Shown: positions 36,079 to 46,192 of the stretch, piece by piece
How the letters are laid out: the number at the start of each line of letters is the position of its first letter
How positions within the stretch are numbered: position 1 is the first letter of the stretch
Source: Candidatus Methanoperedenaceae archaeon
GTDB taxonomy: Archaea > Halobacteriota > Methanosarcinia > Methanosarcinales > Methanoperedenaceae
Length of the DNA stretch: 64,000 nt
Assembly: GCA_963753595.1 (NCBI GenBank)
Contig: CAVWCX010000024.1
Span: 64,001 to 128,000 of the forward strand
Direction of reading: 5' to 3'
The notes under the pieces: generated by a model
Told to the model about the DNA's origin: nothing
The model's database searches: none
The model's input: only the letters and a program-made list of their open reading frames with translations
Translations under genes and position numbers: made by a program

Positions 36079-36471
36079 TTAATCCACATGTAACTTTTTC
36101 TTCAATTCCTTTGTCCAATCAGGATGATAACATCCTTTAAATTCAAATCCAAGCGCTTTTGGTTCATCATCTTCCACATCTGATCCAAATACTTTATATG
36201 ATTCGGCCGGTGCGGGCAAAACACCAAGCACAGAGGCCTTAGAAACAAGAGCATCCAGGTCTTCATCATTGAGCAAACCTTCCCAGTTCAATGATACCGG
36301 GGTAACCCACAGAAATTTGGAGGCATCTTCTCTTTCTGCCGCCGAAACAATGAAACCTATTACTGGTTCTTTTATTATTGTAGCTTCAACAATCGAACTG
36401 TCGTCTTTCTGTTCCTGTTTGATCGTCAGTTCAGGTTTTTCTTGTATCGTCTTTTTCTTTGTTTGGGTCAT
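36079..36471 (-). CDS. Hypothetical protein
   Basis: 130-aa ORF with ATG and plausible composition; no motif recognised. Confidence 0.6.
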   Translation of the reverse strand: MTQTKKKTIQEKPELTIKQEQKDDSSIVEATIIKEPVIGFIVSAAEREDASKFLWVTPVSLNWEGLLNDEDLDALVSKASVLGVLPAPAESYKVFGSDVEDDEPKALGFEFKGCYHPDWTKELKKKLHVD

Positions 36472-36769
36472 AAATATCTTCTTTTTTTCATTTTGACTTA
36501 TCTTTAATTATTATAATTTCCAAAGGATTTAATGATTGGATAGACCAGGCACCTGGGAGGTATATTGATTGGAGTGACATTAAAAAATGTCTATTCATAA
36601 TAATTATTATAATCATATAATAAATACATTCCGCCTCTATAAAATGAGCATGATAATAAATATTATTCTACGCATAAAAATATTAAAGCACCCATATATG
36701 CTTTAAAATACCATTTGATTATTGGATAATTAGATGGGTGACCAGAAAAAAGAATACGCTTGATTACAT

Positions 36770-37026
36770 ACGTTCCCTGAAAACCAGTACCGAACTTGCA
36801 GATAATATTGAAAAAACGATGCAGGAAAGAAGAAAAGCAAAACTCAGGAAAGTTGATCTATGACCTGTCTGGATACTGATTTCATAATTGACCACCTGCG
36901 CCATAAACCTGCTGCCGAGAGTAAATTGGAAGAGCTGACAGCAGATGGTGATAAATTAACGACATGCTTACGAAGAATGCAAAACACTTTTCGAAGGTTC
37001 AGGGGCTGGCGGTTGAGAATTATTAA
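36770..37026 (+). pseudogene. vapC: Decayed vapBC: antitoxin 3' remnant and internally deleted PIN toxin
   Basis: MTCLDTDFIIDHLR (PIN start) joined out of frame to MLTKNAKHFSKVQGLAVENY* (PIN end). Upstream ...ELADNIEKTMQERRKAKLRKVDL* overlaps the ATG. Confidence 0.75.
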
Positions 37027-37054
37027 AATTATATCTGTTTTCTAATACTTTTAT

Positions 37055-38503
37055 TTATTCGTTTCGTACATCATCCTTGCCCCGCATAGCCGAAACAATG
37101 ATCGCAGGCACAGTGATAATTGCAGAAAAAATAAAAGCGCTTGTAATACCACTTGTAAAAGCCTCCTGCACAGCCACAGGCATACTTGCTCCTCCTATGA
37201 CGAACATGTTCATCATCTGTTCAAGAGGGATCGTTCCCATAATAAGCGGAAAAGATATTCCCATGCTCAGTACCATTCCAGCGCTGTTGAAAAAAGCCCT
37301 CATTGATGAGGCTACACCGCGGCGCTGCGGTGAAACCGATGACATGATGGCGCTGGTATTCGGAGGCTGGAAAAGACCGGAGCCGAAACTATTGATGAAC
37401 ATCCATACGGCAAGTATCCAGTAAGGTGTATCATAATGCATCGTTGCAAGACCAAGCAGGCCGACAAGGGATATAACAAGGCCGATCGTGCTTATAATCC
37501 TTGAGCCATATTTATCAGACAGGACTCCGCCTATCGGGCCTGTTATCGCAAGACCGATGGCAAGAGGAATGGTCATGACGCTTGCTGTGAGCGGGTCCAT
37601 GCCCCTTGGTCCCTGGAAAAAAAGGATTAGCAGGATCATTACCGCGCCCCTTGCTATTGAATTCAACAGGTTGCTTAACTGTCCGTAGGAAAATATCCTT
37701 ATTTTGAAAAGATCCATATCCATCAATGGATAGGTCGCTCTTTTCTCAACGCGAAGAAAAGATGCAAAACTAATGATCGCGATAACAAGTGACAAGAGCA
37801 TTGGAGGCGATGCCAGGCCAACAATGAACCCTGCCGTGAGGTAAATCATGAATCCTAGAAAAGCGATAGTAAATAAGACCATTCCTTTAAAGTCGAATGT
37901 TTCACCTTTTGGCAGCACTGCAACTTCTTTCAGTTTAAGATGTGCCCATATTGTGACAACTATTCCTATCGGGACATTAAAAAAGAAGTTCAGCCGCCAG
38001 TCTATCAATGTCAGGAAACCTCCCAGTATCGGACCCACAACAAAGGCTGCTGCCATTACCATGCTGAGAATTCCCATTGCTTTACCCAGTTCACTCCGTT
38101 TGAAAGCATCGGTTACTATTATTGTCCCGTTAGCCACAAGCATCGACCCTCCCACAGCCTGAAGCACCCGAAAAGCGATAAGCTGGCCAATGTTGGCAGA
38201 AAAGCCGCAAAGCAGAGAACCGATCGTAAACACGGCCAGCCCATAAACATAGAGCTTCTTGCGCCCATATATATCTGCAAGCCTGCCCCACGCCGGCGCA
38301 AGTATTGTGAGAAGAAGAGTATAACTTATCAGCACCCACATTATCCCGAAAAGGTCTGTGTTCAATTTGACCATCATCGTTGGAAGAGCGATTATAAGGG
38401 TGGTGGCATTCAGTATCCCCACAAGCATTCCGAGGGAGGTCACTGAAAGGGCGGTCCATTTATAGCTATCCGGAGTATTATTTTGTTCGATATTTACAGC
38501 CAT
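37055..38503 (-). CDS. MFS DHA2 (EmrB/QacA-like) efflux transporter
   Basis: WGRLADIYGRKK, RVLQAVGG, GPILGGFL, WRLNFFFNVPIG; multiple TM helices. Confidence 0.93.
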   Translation of the reverse strand: MAVNIEQNNTPDSYKWTALSVTSLGMLVGILNATTLIIALPTMMVKLNTDLFGIMWVLISYTLLLTILAPAWGRLADIYGRKKLYVYGLAVFTIGSLLCGFSANIGQLIAFRVLQAVGGSMLVANGTIIVTDAFKRSELGKAMGILSMVMAAAFVVGPILGGFLTLIDWRLNFFFNVPIGIVVTIWAHLKLKEVAVLPKGETFDFKGMVLFTIAFLGFMIYLTAGFIVGLASPPMLLSLVIAIISFASFLRVEKRATYPLMDMDLFKIRIFSYGQLSNLLNSIARGAVMILLILFFQGPRGMDPLTASVMTIPLAIGLAITGPIGGVLSDKYGSRIISTIGLVISLVGLLGLATMHYDTPYWILAVWMFINSFGSGLFQPPNTSAIMSSVSPQRRGVASSMRAFFNSAGMVLSMGISFPLIMGTIPLEQMMNMFVIGGASMPVAVQEAFTSGITSAFIFSAIITVPAIIVSAMRGKDDVRNE

Positions 38504-38527
38504 AGTAATTTCCTGAATAAAAAACCG

Positions 38528-39004
38528 TTAAAAATGTTTAAAAGATATGCATGTACCTGCAAGTGAAGGGATTTTTTTTACAATGTCCCGGGATTCTTCA
38601 ACTGCCGCGGCACCAGATTTCTTTTGCATAGATGCAAAGAGCGCCCCAAAAGATGATTCCAGCATCTCGTAAAGGTGTGTGCACCCCTCGTTTTTCGGGA
38701 TAAGCTGGTGGATTTTTTTAAGAACTCCACCCTCATAGACTCCTGTACCGGCGAGTCTTTCCAGGGAAGGAAGCGCGCCCCTGCACGATCCAAAAGGCAC
38801 TTTTTCCATGGACGCAGAGATGTCAAGTATTCTGTAGCCGCTATCTGTCGTGAACGCCATTTTTATTTTGTGGAAGTCGTCCTGCATTTCTGTCACAACA
38901 AGGGTTTTTTCATTATCAAGAGAGTATATTTTACATTTTATTTCACGCTCAAACTGAACCGCACATTTCTTTGCCTTTGCCTCTATCCGTTCAAAGCTTT
39001 CCAT
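38528..39004 (-). CDS. DUF2889-like protein
   Basis: DDFHKI, VPFGSC, EGCTHLYEM, GTCISF. Confidence 0.65.
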   Translation of the reverse strand: MESFERIEAKAKKCAVQFEREIKCKIYSLDNEKTLVVTEMQDDFHKIKMAFTTDSGYRILDISASMEKVPFGSCRGALPSLERLAGTGVYEGGVLKKIHQLIPKNEGCTHLYEMLESSFGALFASMQKKSGAAAVEESRDIVKKIPSLAGTCISFKHF

Positions 39005-39010
39005 AATAAC

Positions 39011-39649
39011 CTATCCTCCAAAGGCGATGACAACGCCAGTAATAGCCACACCAATACCCATCATAGTAACACCCGTCCAGAACTCGCTCCTTCCGATATA
39101 TCCTCCCCATCTGTAGCCTATGGCAAAAAGCATGACAAGACCGATAATGCTTGAGAGTCTCATTGCCCAGATGCCGTCAAGAAATAAGAATGGTAAAATA
39201 GGAGGCACTCCTGATACCAAAACAAGCATGCCAGCCGCAATGCCGCCCAGGATATCATCCTTTGTCGCATGGGTGTGGTTTTCGACCGGCTTAAGGTGCG
39301 CCAGGATATGCTGGGCAACCTCATGTTTTTCGCGCTCGCCCAGGGTGTCCACGATAGTGCCTTCAAGCTCTTCTTTTATCTTCCTGAGGTCGCATCCTTC
39401 CCCCGTGCATGTTGTAGCCTCATGCGCAGCCAGCGCAATTCTTCCCCTCTCAAGCAGGCTGCTGTAAACATATATTATGCCATCCACGATCCCCCATGCA
39501 ATGCATGCGCCTATTCCGGCGCTTATTATTGCTTTTTTCGAGCCCGTTTCAAGTCCGACTGTGCCTGTGATAGCCAGCACCATGATCAGCCCGAACAGCA
39601 TTTCAGAATGGCGGTCTGAAGGCGAAAGGATCTCGCGAAATTTCATCAT
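39011..39649 (-). CDS. VIT1/CCC1-family membrane protein
   Basis: SEMLFGLIMVL, AWGIVDG, PPILPFLF. Confidence 0.75.
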   Translation of the reverse strand: MMKFREILSPSDRHSEMLFGLIMVLAITGTVGLETGSKKAIISAGIGACIAWGIVDGIIYVYSSLLERGRIALAAHEATTCTGEGCDLRKIKEELEGTIVDTLGEREKHEVAQHILAHLKPVENHTHATKDDILGGIAAGMLVLVSGVPPILPFLFLDGIWAMRLSSIIGLVMLFAIGYRWGGYIGRSEFWTGVTMMGIGVAITGVVIAFGG

Positions 39650-39655
39650 GATATA

Positions 39656-40417
39656 TTAAATTTCTATTTTCGAAAACAAATAGCTTCCCACTACAAGGAA
39701 CAGCACCGTAACACCTGTTAGCACCGTAAAATCAATACCGAAGCCAAAATGCATCTGACCCCCAAGACCACCTCTTAAGCCATCAACTCCGTAAGTGAGT
39801 GGGTTTGCACTTGCTGCAATGAAAATCGAACCGGGAAGTCCTGCAAGCGGGAACAGGGCGCCTGAAAGGAAAAAGATGGGCATAACAAGGAAATTCATGA
39901 TCATCTGGAACCCCTGCATATCTTCAAGGAGCGATGCTATCGCCGTACCCATAGCCGTAAAAAGCAGGGCTGTCAGTGCCATTATCAGGAAAGCAACGGG
40001 CAGGAACATGAGACTGGTGGGCCGAAATCCCGCAGCGATCGATATAAAAAACACTATGATGCCCTGAAGTGTCGCAACTGTCGCGCCGCCCAGGGTCCTG
40101 CCTATCATGATATTGAACCGCGATACAGGAGCAACAAGCGTTTCTTTCAGGAATCCGAACTGCTTATCCCATATTATCTCCATCCCAGAAAAAATTGCAG
40201 TAAAAAGAATGCTCATGGCAATAACCCCCGGGGCAAGGAATTCAAGGTAATTTCCCTGCCCTGCTTTCTGGAATACTGGACCAAATCCATATCCCAGTGC
40301 AAGAAGGAATAGAAGTGGTTGTCCGAGTGAGCCTATGATCCTTGAGCGTGAACGGACATATCGCTTGAGTTGCCTTAGCCAGAGTATGTAAATTGTTCTT
40401 ATCATTATCTGCTCCAC
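39656..40417 (-). CDS. ABC-2 type permease
   Basis: YLEFLAPG, DKQFGFLKETLVAPVSR, FFLSGALFP, NPLTYGVDGLR. Confidence 0.92.
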   Translation of the reverse strand: MEQIMIRTIYILWLRQLKRYVRSRSRIIGSLGQPLLFLLALGYGFGPVFQKAGQGNYLEFLAPGVIAMSILFTAIFSGMEIIWDKQFGFLKETLVAPVSRFNIMIGRTLGGATVATLQGIIVFFISIAAGFRPTSLMFLPVAFLIMALTALLFTAMGTAIASLLEDMQGFQMIMNFLVMPIFFLSGALFPLAGLPGSIFIAASANPLTYGVDGLRGGLGGQMHFGFGIDFTVLTGVTVLFLVVGSYLFSKIEI

Positions 40418-41220
40418 ATCTTGCGGTTCATCCGCATCTGGTCAATGCTTCCTGACTCTTCTTCGCGTATTTTTTTGCCTGTCAGGGATAGGAAGGCTTC
40501 TTCCAGTGTCTTTGAACCAGTCTTATTCTTCAATTCTTCGGGGCTTCCTTCTGCAACGATCCTTCCGTGGTCGATGATCGCCACGCGGTCGGCAACACGC
40601 TCGGCTTCATCCATATAATGGGTTGTGAAAAATACCGTAATACCCGCGGTGCTGTTTAAATCTTTCAGGTATTTCCAGATGGAATTGCGCGTCTGCGGGT
40701 CAAGTCCGATGGTAGGCTCATCCATGAATAATACTTCGGGAGTATGCAAAAGTCCGCGTGCGATCTCAAGCCTGCGCTTCATCCCTCCGGAAAAATGTTT
40801 AACGATATCATTTTTCCTGTCCCAGAGTTCCACGAAATTAAGAAGCTCTTCGATTTTTTTCCCCAGTATTTTGTCAGGCACTCTGTAAAGTACTCCGTGA
40901 AATTCCATGTTTTCATAAGCTGTAAGCTCCTCGTCAAGGCTCTGGTCCTGGAACACTATCCCGAAAGAGCGCCTTACCGCATCCTGGTTTGTAATTGGGT
41001 CAAACCCGTTTACCTGCATTGTCCCTGTTGTTGGGCGAAGAAGCGTAGTCAGCATCTTTATTGTTGTTGTTTTTCCCGCCCCATTGGGCCCAAGAAATGC
41101 GAATGTCTCACCGCGTTTTACTGAAAAGGAAATATTATCTACTGCAGTAAAATCGGTGAATTTTTTTGTGAGATTCCTGACCTCGATCGAGTAATTTTCT
41201 TTAGTGTCGTTTTGGAGCAT
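40405..41220 (-). CDS. ABC transporter ATP-binding protein (DrrA-like)
   Basis: GPNGAGKT, FSGGMKRR, MDEPT, TTHYMDEA. Confidence 0.95.
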   Translation of the reverse strand: MLQNDTKENYSIEVRNLTKKFTDFTAVDNISFSVKRGETFAFLGPNGAGKTTTIKMLTTLLRPTTGTMQVNGFDPITNQDAVRRSFGIVFQDQSLDEELTAYENMEFHGVLYRVPDKILGKKIEELLNFVELWDRKNDIVKHFSGGMKRRLEIARGLLHTPEVLFMDEPTIGLDPQTRNSIWKYLKDLNSTAGITVFFTTHYMDEAERVADRVAIIDHGRIVAEGSPEELKNKTGSKTLEEAFLSLTGKKIREEESGSIDQMRMNRKMWSR

Positions 41221-41321
41221 ATAATTCTCCTGTTAGATAAATTAATATAGGATATGAAATCATACGATAGTATACTCATATATTTAATAATATCTGCGAA
41301 AAATTCGCAAAAAAAGGAATT

Positions 41322-41777
41322 ATGGATGATACCGATAAGAAGATAATCGAACTGTTACAGCAGGATGGAAGAATGGATGATGTGGAGATAGCCCGCAAAA
41401 TCGGGATTTCCCATGATACGGTTAAGCGAAGAAGGAATAAACTCGAAGATGCCGGTTACATCAAAATACAGGCAAATATCAATCCGCGTAAGCTCGGATA
41501 TACAAGTGTCTTTATCTTAGGGATAACTCTGGCTCCGGGAATTGATATCAGGAAAATTGCAGGAAAACTCGCATCTAAGAAAGAGTTCTTTTTTGTAGCG
41601 CTTTCATTGGGCCCTACTCATTCAATAGTAGCTTCATGCTTTGCGAAAGATCAGATCATTCTTAATACACTGGTTGAAGAATTAAGAACCTGGAAAGAAA
41701 TAGAAAAAATCGAGACCAATATCATTTATGAAGTTTTGAAGTCGGAATACCATGATATTCCTGTGACAACTCTATAG
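41322..41777 (+). CDS. Lrp/AsnC transcriptional regulator
   Basis: MDDTDKKIIELLQQDGR...IARKIGIS..TVKRR..KLE..GYI; divergent from the efflux operon. Confidence 0.9.
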   Translation: MDDTDKKIIELLQQDGRMDDVEIARKIGISHDTVKRRRNKLEDAGYIKIQANINPRKLGYTSVFILGITLAPGIDIRKIAGKLASKKEFFFVALSLGPTHSIVASCFAKDQIILNTLVEELRTWKEIEKIETNIIYEVLKSEYHDIPVTTL

Positions 41778-41852
41778 GTTACAACTCTATAGGGATATAA
41801 TTAAAAATACCCAATATTTCATATCCTCTAAAATCATAAGATTGGAATAAGA

Positions 41853-42320
41853 ATGGCATTATTAGATATATTTGTATATTATGGTATGTTCGGTCTTTTT
41901 ATAGTCAGTTTTTTGTCGTCCATCATACCAATACCTACTGAAGCTGTTGTGTTCGGATTGCTTGGCGCAGGAGGAAATTCCGGATTAATATTTTTAATAT
42001 TGACATCAGGCTCAATCCTTGGAGCATTATTAGGCTATTTCATTGGAAAACATGGACTCACAAAACTTATGCCATCCAGTAAAAATAAGGAAAAACAAGA
42101 ACAGACCCACAGGTATTTTCTGAAATACGGCGCATTTTTAATACTGGTTTCTCCATGGATCCCTTTTGTCTGCAACCTTGCTCCAATAGTTGCCGGAATA
42201 CAAAATTATGACTCAAATCGGTTCTTGATCGTAATTTCAATAGCGAATATTATCAAGTGTTTTGCAATTGTTTATCTATCTATCACAATAATAGACGGGT
42301 GGACGCTATTCATGAATTGA
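41853..42320 (+). CDS. DedA/VTT (YqaA-like) membrane protein
   Basis: FLSSIIPIPTE, GSILGALLGYFIG, KYG, PWIP, AG. Confidence 0.82.
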   Translation: MALLDIFVYYGMFGLFIVSFLSSIIPIPTEAVVFGLLGAGGNSGLIFLILTSGSILGALLGYFIGKHGLTKLMPSSKNKEKQEQTHRYFLKYGAFLILVSPWIPFVCNLAPIVAGIQNYDSNRFLIVISIANIIKCFAIVYLSITIIDGWTLFMN

Positions 42321-42372
42321 ACATTATTGGATAAGTAACTATAAAACACTTCTCTGCCTTTAGATTACTATT

Positions 42373-42588
42373 ATGATACATGGAAGTAAGCAAGAAGATG
42401 ATATGAAAGCGCGTAAAGATGGAACAGTACCACCTTTTAGACCAGATCCAAATTCAGAAAAGCATGTGGTTTGTAAACATTGTGGTGAAAAATATAAGGA
42501 AAATGAGATAAAGTGGAATCCCAAAACCGGTACCTGGGTCTGCAAACACCATCCAAAATGCGATGGCGTGGGCTGGCTTCCGTTTTAA
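42373..42588 (+). CDS. Small Cys/His zinc-binding protein
   Basis: CKHCG...WVCKHHPKCDGVGW. Confidence 0.6.
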   Translation: MIHGSKQEDDMKARKDGTVPPFRPDPNSEKHVVCKHCGEKYKENEIKWNPKTGTWVCKHHPKCDGVGWLPF

Positions 42589-42700
42589 ATGGGTTTTTCT
42601 GTTTTCCTTTGATAATTTGCAAGCATTTATTCCCGATTAAATCCCATATGATGAATTGGTATATGAACGAATCAAAGGTATAATTGGGAGGGTTATCTGA

Positions 42701-43450
42701 TTGGAATCCATTATTCAGGTAAGGGATCTTACCAAAGCGTTCAAATCAAGAAAAGCTAAAATAACAGCAGTGGACCATATCAGTTTTGATGTGAACAAAG
42801 GAGAGATTTTCGGGATGATCGGACCTAACGGCGCGGGCAAATCCACCACATTTGCCATGATGACCACATTAATAAAACCCACAAGCGGCAGTATAAAGGT
42901 TGCAGGTTTTGATGCTGTAAACGAAGATGAGAGGATAAGACCAGTCATAGGTATAGTTCCACAGAAGCAGAGCCTTTACCCGGACCTTACCGCCAGGGAG
43001 AACCTTGAGCTTATGGGCAACCTTTATGATGTTCCAAAAAAACTCATGGAAGAAAGGATCGAGTATTACCTGAAACTGGTCCATCTTGAAACTCATGCGG
43101 ACCGTTTTACGGGCGGCTTCTCCGGGGGGATGAAGCAGCGCCTTTCCGTGATCAGCGCGGTGATACATGACCCACAGATAATCTTCTGGGATGAACCAAC
43201 GACGGGCCTTGACCCGCAAACAAGGCAAGCCATCTGGAAACTTGCACGGAAGTTCAATTCGGAAGGAAAAACCCTTATTTTCACTACACATTACATGGAT
43301 GAGGCAGATAAATTCTGCGACAGGGTCGCGATAATGAATGCCGGTAAACTGATGGCCCTTGACACCCCCGGGAACCTGAAAAAAACATCAAACAGTGAGA
43401 GTCTTGAAGATGTTTTTATTCACCTGACAGGCGAGGAGATACGTGATTGA
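42701..43450 (+). CDS. ABC transporter ATP-binding protein
   Basis: GPNGAGKST, FSGGMKQR, DEPTTGLDP. Confidence 0.95.
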   Translation: MESIIQVRDLTKAFKSRKAKITAVDHISFDVNKGEIFGMIGPNGAGKSTTFAMMTTLIKPTSGSIKVAGFDAVNEDERIRPVIGIVPQKQSLYPDLTARENLELMGNLYDVPKKLMEERIEYYLKLVHLETHADRFTGGFSGGMKQRLSVISAVIHDPQIIFWDEPTTGLDPQTRQAIWKLARKFNSEGKTLIFTTHYMDEADKFCDRVAIMNAGKLMALDTPGNLKKTSNSESLEDVFIHLTGEEIRD

Positions 43451-44564
43451 AATGGATATCAAAACAGAGCTTAGAAAATCCTGGATAATTATGATCAAAG
43501 AGTTTAAACAGATCCTGAGGAAAAAAGCATTCATGATACCGCTATTTTTGTTCCCCATTGTCATGATAATTTTTTTTGGGTACGGCATGGGTGGAACAGT
43601 CAAAAATGTCAATATTCTAGTCATAAACGACGACACAGGTACGGCTTCAAGTTCGCTTGTCCAGGAAATCGGAAACTTCATCCCCAAATATGGCGATGTC
43701 AAAATGTTCTCCATAATTTATACGAAGGATATGGGGCAATCCGAGGCTGAGAAGAAAATAGACGCGGGATTGTATAAAGCAGTTCTCATCATTCCATCGG
43801 ATTACAGCGAGCGCGTGGCAAGAAATGAGAGCGTGACCCTGACGCTCCTGACCGACTCCTCAGATACCACATCAAGCGGCATAATCATTAATTTCATGAA
43901 GCAGTTATTTGCAGGAATATCAAATTCGCGTGTTTCGTTGAAAATTCCCGATATTTACGGCAAACTACAGTACATTGATTTCCTCACACCTGCAATAATT
44001 GCCCTTACGGTGTTCATCGGTACTATCCAGACCATGGGTTATGCGATAGCAGGAGAGAGGCAGGACGGTACCCTTGTTCGCATTATGATGACGCCTGTGA
44101 GCCGTGGAGCCGTAATTCTGGGTAAGACTTTACACCAGCTTGTATTGCAGCTGGCAAGGGCTTTGGTACTGATAGTTGCCGCAATTGTTCTTCTCGGGGT
44201 TAAGATGAACGGGAGCTGGCTGCTTGTTGCCCTGGTCCTGATCATCTTCACATTTGGCGCGGTAGGTCTTGGAATTGCCATATCTGCCGTATCAGAGGAC
44301 ATGATATCTTTCCAGGCGATAAGCATGTTAGTTGCTTTTCCTTCGATGTTTGCAACAGGAGTATTCTATCCTTTAAGCTCTGTTCCGGACTGGATGCGCT
44401 GGATAGCATATTTTGTGCCTCTTACTTACGCTAATGATGCAATGCGTACTATTATGGTCAAGGGGCAGGGTCTGGCCTTTATAGCTAATGATTTGATCAT
44501 ACTTCTTTTCTTTGCGGTTTTTTATTTTGGTTTAGGTGTTTACCTTTTCAGGAGGGAAGCATAA
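43443..44564 (+). CDS. ABC-2 permease with extracellular domain
   Basis: YIDFLTP, ERQDGTL..IMMTPVS, FATGVFYP, PLTYANDAMR. Confidence 0.9.
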   Translation: MIEMDIKTELRKSWIIMIKEFKQILRKKAFMIPLFLFPIVMIIFFGYGMGGTVKNVNILVINDDTGTASSSLVQEIGNFIPKYGDVKMFSIIYTKDMGQSEAEKKIDAGLYKAVLIIPSDYSERVARNESVTLTLLTDSSDTTSSGIIINFMKQLFAGISNSRVSLKIPDIYGKLQYIDFLTPAIIALTVFIGTIQTMGYAIAGERQDGTLVRIMMTPVSRGAVILGKTLHQLVLQLARALVLIVAAIVLLGVKMNGSWLLVALVLIIFTFGAVGLGIAISAVSEDMISFQAISMLVAFPSMFATGVFYPLSSVPDWMRWIAYFVPLTYANDAMRTIMVKGQGLAFIANDLIILLFFAVFYFGLGVYLFRREA

Positions 44565-45572
44565 ATGAAGAAAATAATGAGCATATCATATATTTTACTA
44601 TATATTTCAGTGTATCTTTCAGTCATAATTTCAGGTGCAGCCGGAGCCTATGATTCCCCGCAAACTTATATAATGCCAAGGAGCTTTGAATTCTCAAAAA
44701 ATTACTATAACGTTTATGGGAGTCCGGATATCCAGGCCACGATCATCGGCAGCAATGAATTTGAACGAGGACAGACTGTTACCTTGCTTATCGATCTTAT
44801 GAACAGGGGAAAGTTCCTTGGATTTGATGCAGACAACAGGCCTTCAAATGATAATGAAATATATACCGCAAAGACTGAGATCAAACTTGAAGATAAAATA
44901 GTGGATGCTACAGGGATATCCGCATCGCTGTCGGCATATCCTGGAAGCCCTTTAGAGGTAAAATCCATAAGCCAGCAGGTTGGTTCCATAAGAAGCGGGC
45001 AGAATTCAATTGCGCCCGTGAAATTCGACATTAAGATCGATAAAAAGGCAAAGGCTGGAGAATATACCCTCCTGCTTGACCTCACATACGATTACCAGCA
45101 AAACGTCCAGATAATAGATGCCAATGCCACGCAGCAAACCTATGATGCAAATTACTGGTATGGGATGATGAAGCAGAACCAGACTTTAAAGATCAAAGTG
45201 AAAAAACAGGCACAATTCGAGATCATAAGAGCAAATGGCAGTCTTGTTCCAGGAAGTTCCGGCACAATAGAGATCGCTATCAAGAACACCGGGGAAGAAG
45301 AAGCAAGAGATGTAAAGGCCATAATCACACCTTCTGATCCGATAAGCACCACTGATGATAAGGCATACCTCTATAAAATGGAACCTGGTGACGTGGCTAT
45401 ATCATCATTTACGATCACAGCTGACAGTAAAGCCGTGAATAAAACATATGCTATAGACACAGTCCTTCGATACCAGACACCGGAAGGGGATATCAAATAT
45501 TCCGATATATTGATGGCTCCTGTACCTGTAAGAGAAGTCGGGTTATTTGAAAGGCTGTTCGGATGGATTTAG
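44565..45572 (+). CDS. COG1361-like secreted (S-layer-type) protein
   Basis: Signal peptide; AKAGEYTL.L...Y.YQ; IKNTGEEEARDV; Ig-like repeats; operonic with the ABC genes. Confidence 0.7.
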   Translation: MKKIMSISYILLYISVYLSVIISGAAGAYDSPQTYIMPRSFEFSKNYYNVYGSPDIQATIIGSNEFERGQTVTLLIDLMNRGKFLGFDADNRPSNDNEIYTAKTEIKLEDKIVDATGISASLSAYPGSPLEVKSISQQVGSIRSGQNSIAPVKFDIKIDKKAKAGEYTLLLDLTYDYQQNVQIIDANATQQTYDANYWYGMMKQNQTLKIKVKKQAQFEIIRANGSLVPGSSGTIEIAIKNTGEEEARDVKAIITPSDPISTTDDKAYLYKMEPGDVAISSFTITADSKAVNKTYAIDTVLRYQTPEGDIKYSDILMAPVPVREVGLFERLFGWI

Positions 45573-45673
45573 GAAAAGAATTCGGAAAAGTTATATAGGA
45601 ATTATAACGATTCACCCCATACTTCCCGGCTATGTAATATTTTACTTTAAGGGGAGAAAATGGAGGACAATAT

Positions 45674-46108
45674 ATGAATAATAAAAGAGTAGCTGTATTG
45701 CTTTTGGTTATAATAGTAATTCTAGGAGTATCGGCATCTTTCGCGAAGGTCGAGTATCAGGGAAGTCTTACGCAAGTGTATGGCACAGGTTCATGTGACA
45801 CCTGCCATGTTGATGGTCCAAAGGACGGGCCGCGTACCGCTTATGGAACTTTATTCGAGAACCAGACAAATCACGCTAAAGATTCCGTTGCTGCCCTGAA
45901 AACCATAGGAGCGCCGCCAACAGCAGCTCTTGTGGAAACTGGCACTTCCGCAGCAACAGCAACATTGACAGCAACACCTGAAGTTACTACAGCAGCAGCA
46001 AAAACTACAGAAACAACTACAGAAACTGCAAAGTCACCAGGCTTCGGAATAATAGTCTCTATGGTTGGATTAATTGCCTGGGCTCTTTTTGAAAGGCGTA
46101 AAAATTAA
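45674..46108 (+). CDS. Secreted monoheme cytochrome c with Thr/Ala linker and PGF-CTERM anchor
   Basis: Signal peptide, CDTCH, T/A-rich stalk, KSPGF + TM + basic tail RRKN. Confidence 0.82.
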   Translation: MNNKRVAVLLLVIIVILGVSASFAKVEYQGSLTQVYGTGSCDTCHVDGPKDGPRTAYGTLFENQTNHAKDSVAALKTIGAPPTAALVETGTSAATATLTATPEVTTAAAKTTETTTETAKSPGFGIIVSMVGLIAWALFERRKN

Positions 46109-46112
46109 ATGA

Positions 46113-46146
46113 TTGAGGCAAATATTGCCTCAACTTACTTTATTTT
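46113..46146 (+). terminator. Hairpin followed by T-rich tract
   Basis: TTGAGGCAA-ATA-TTGCCTCAA then CTTACTTTATTTT just after the cytochrome stop. Confidence 0.5.
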
Positions 46147-46192
46147 GTCAGTATCTTATTGATTAATATATATTAAATACATATTGTTATTC

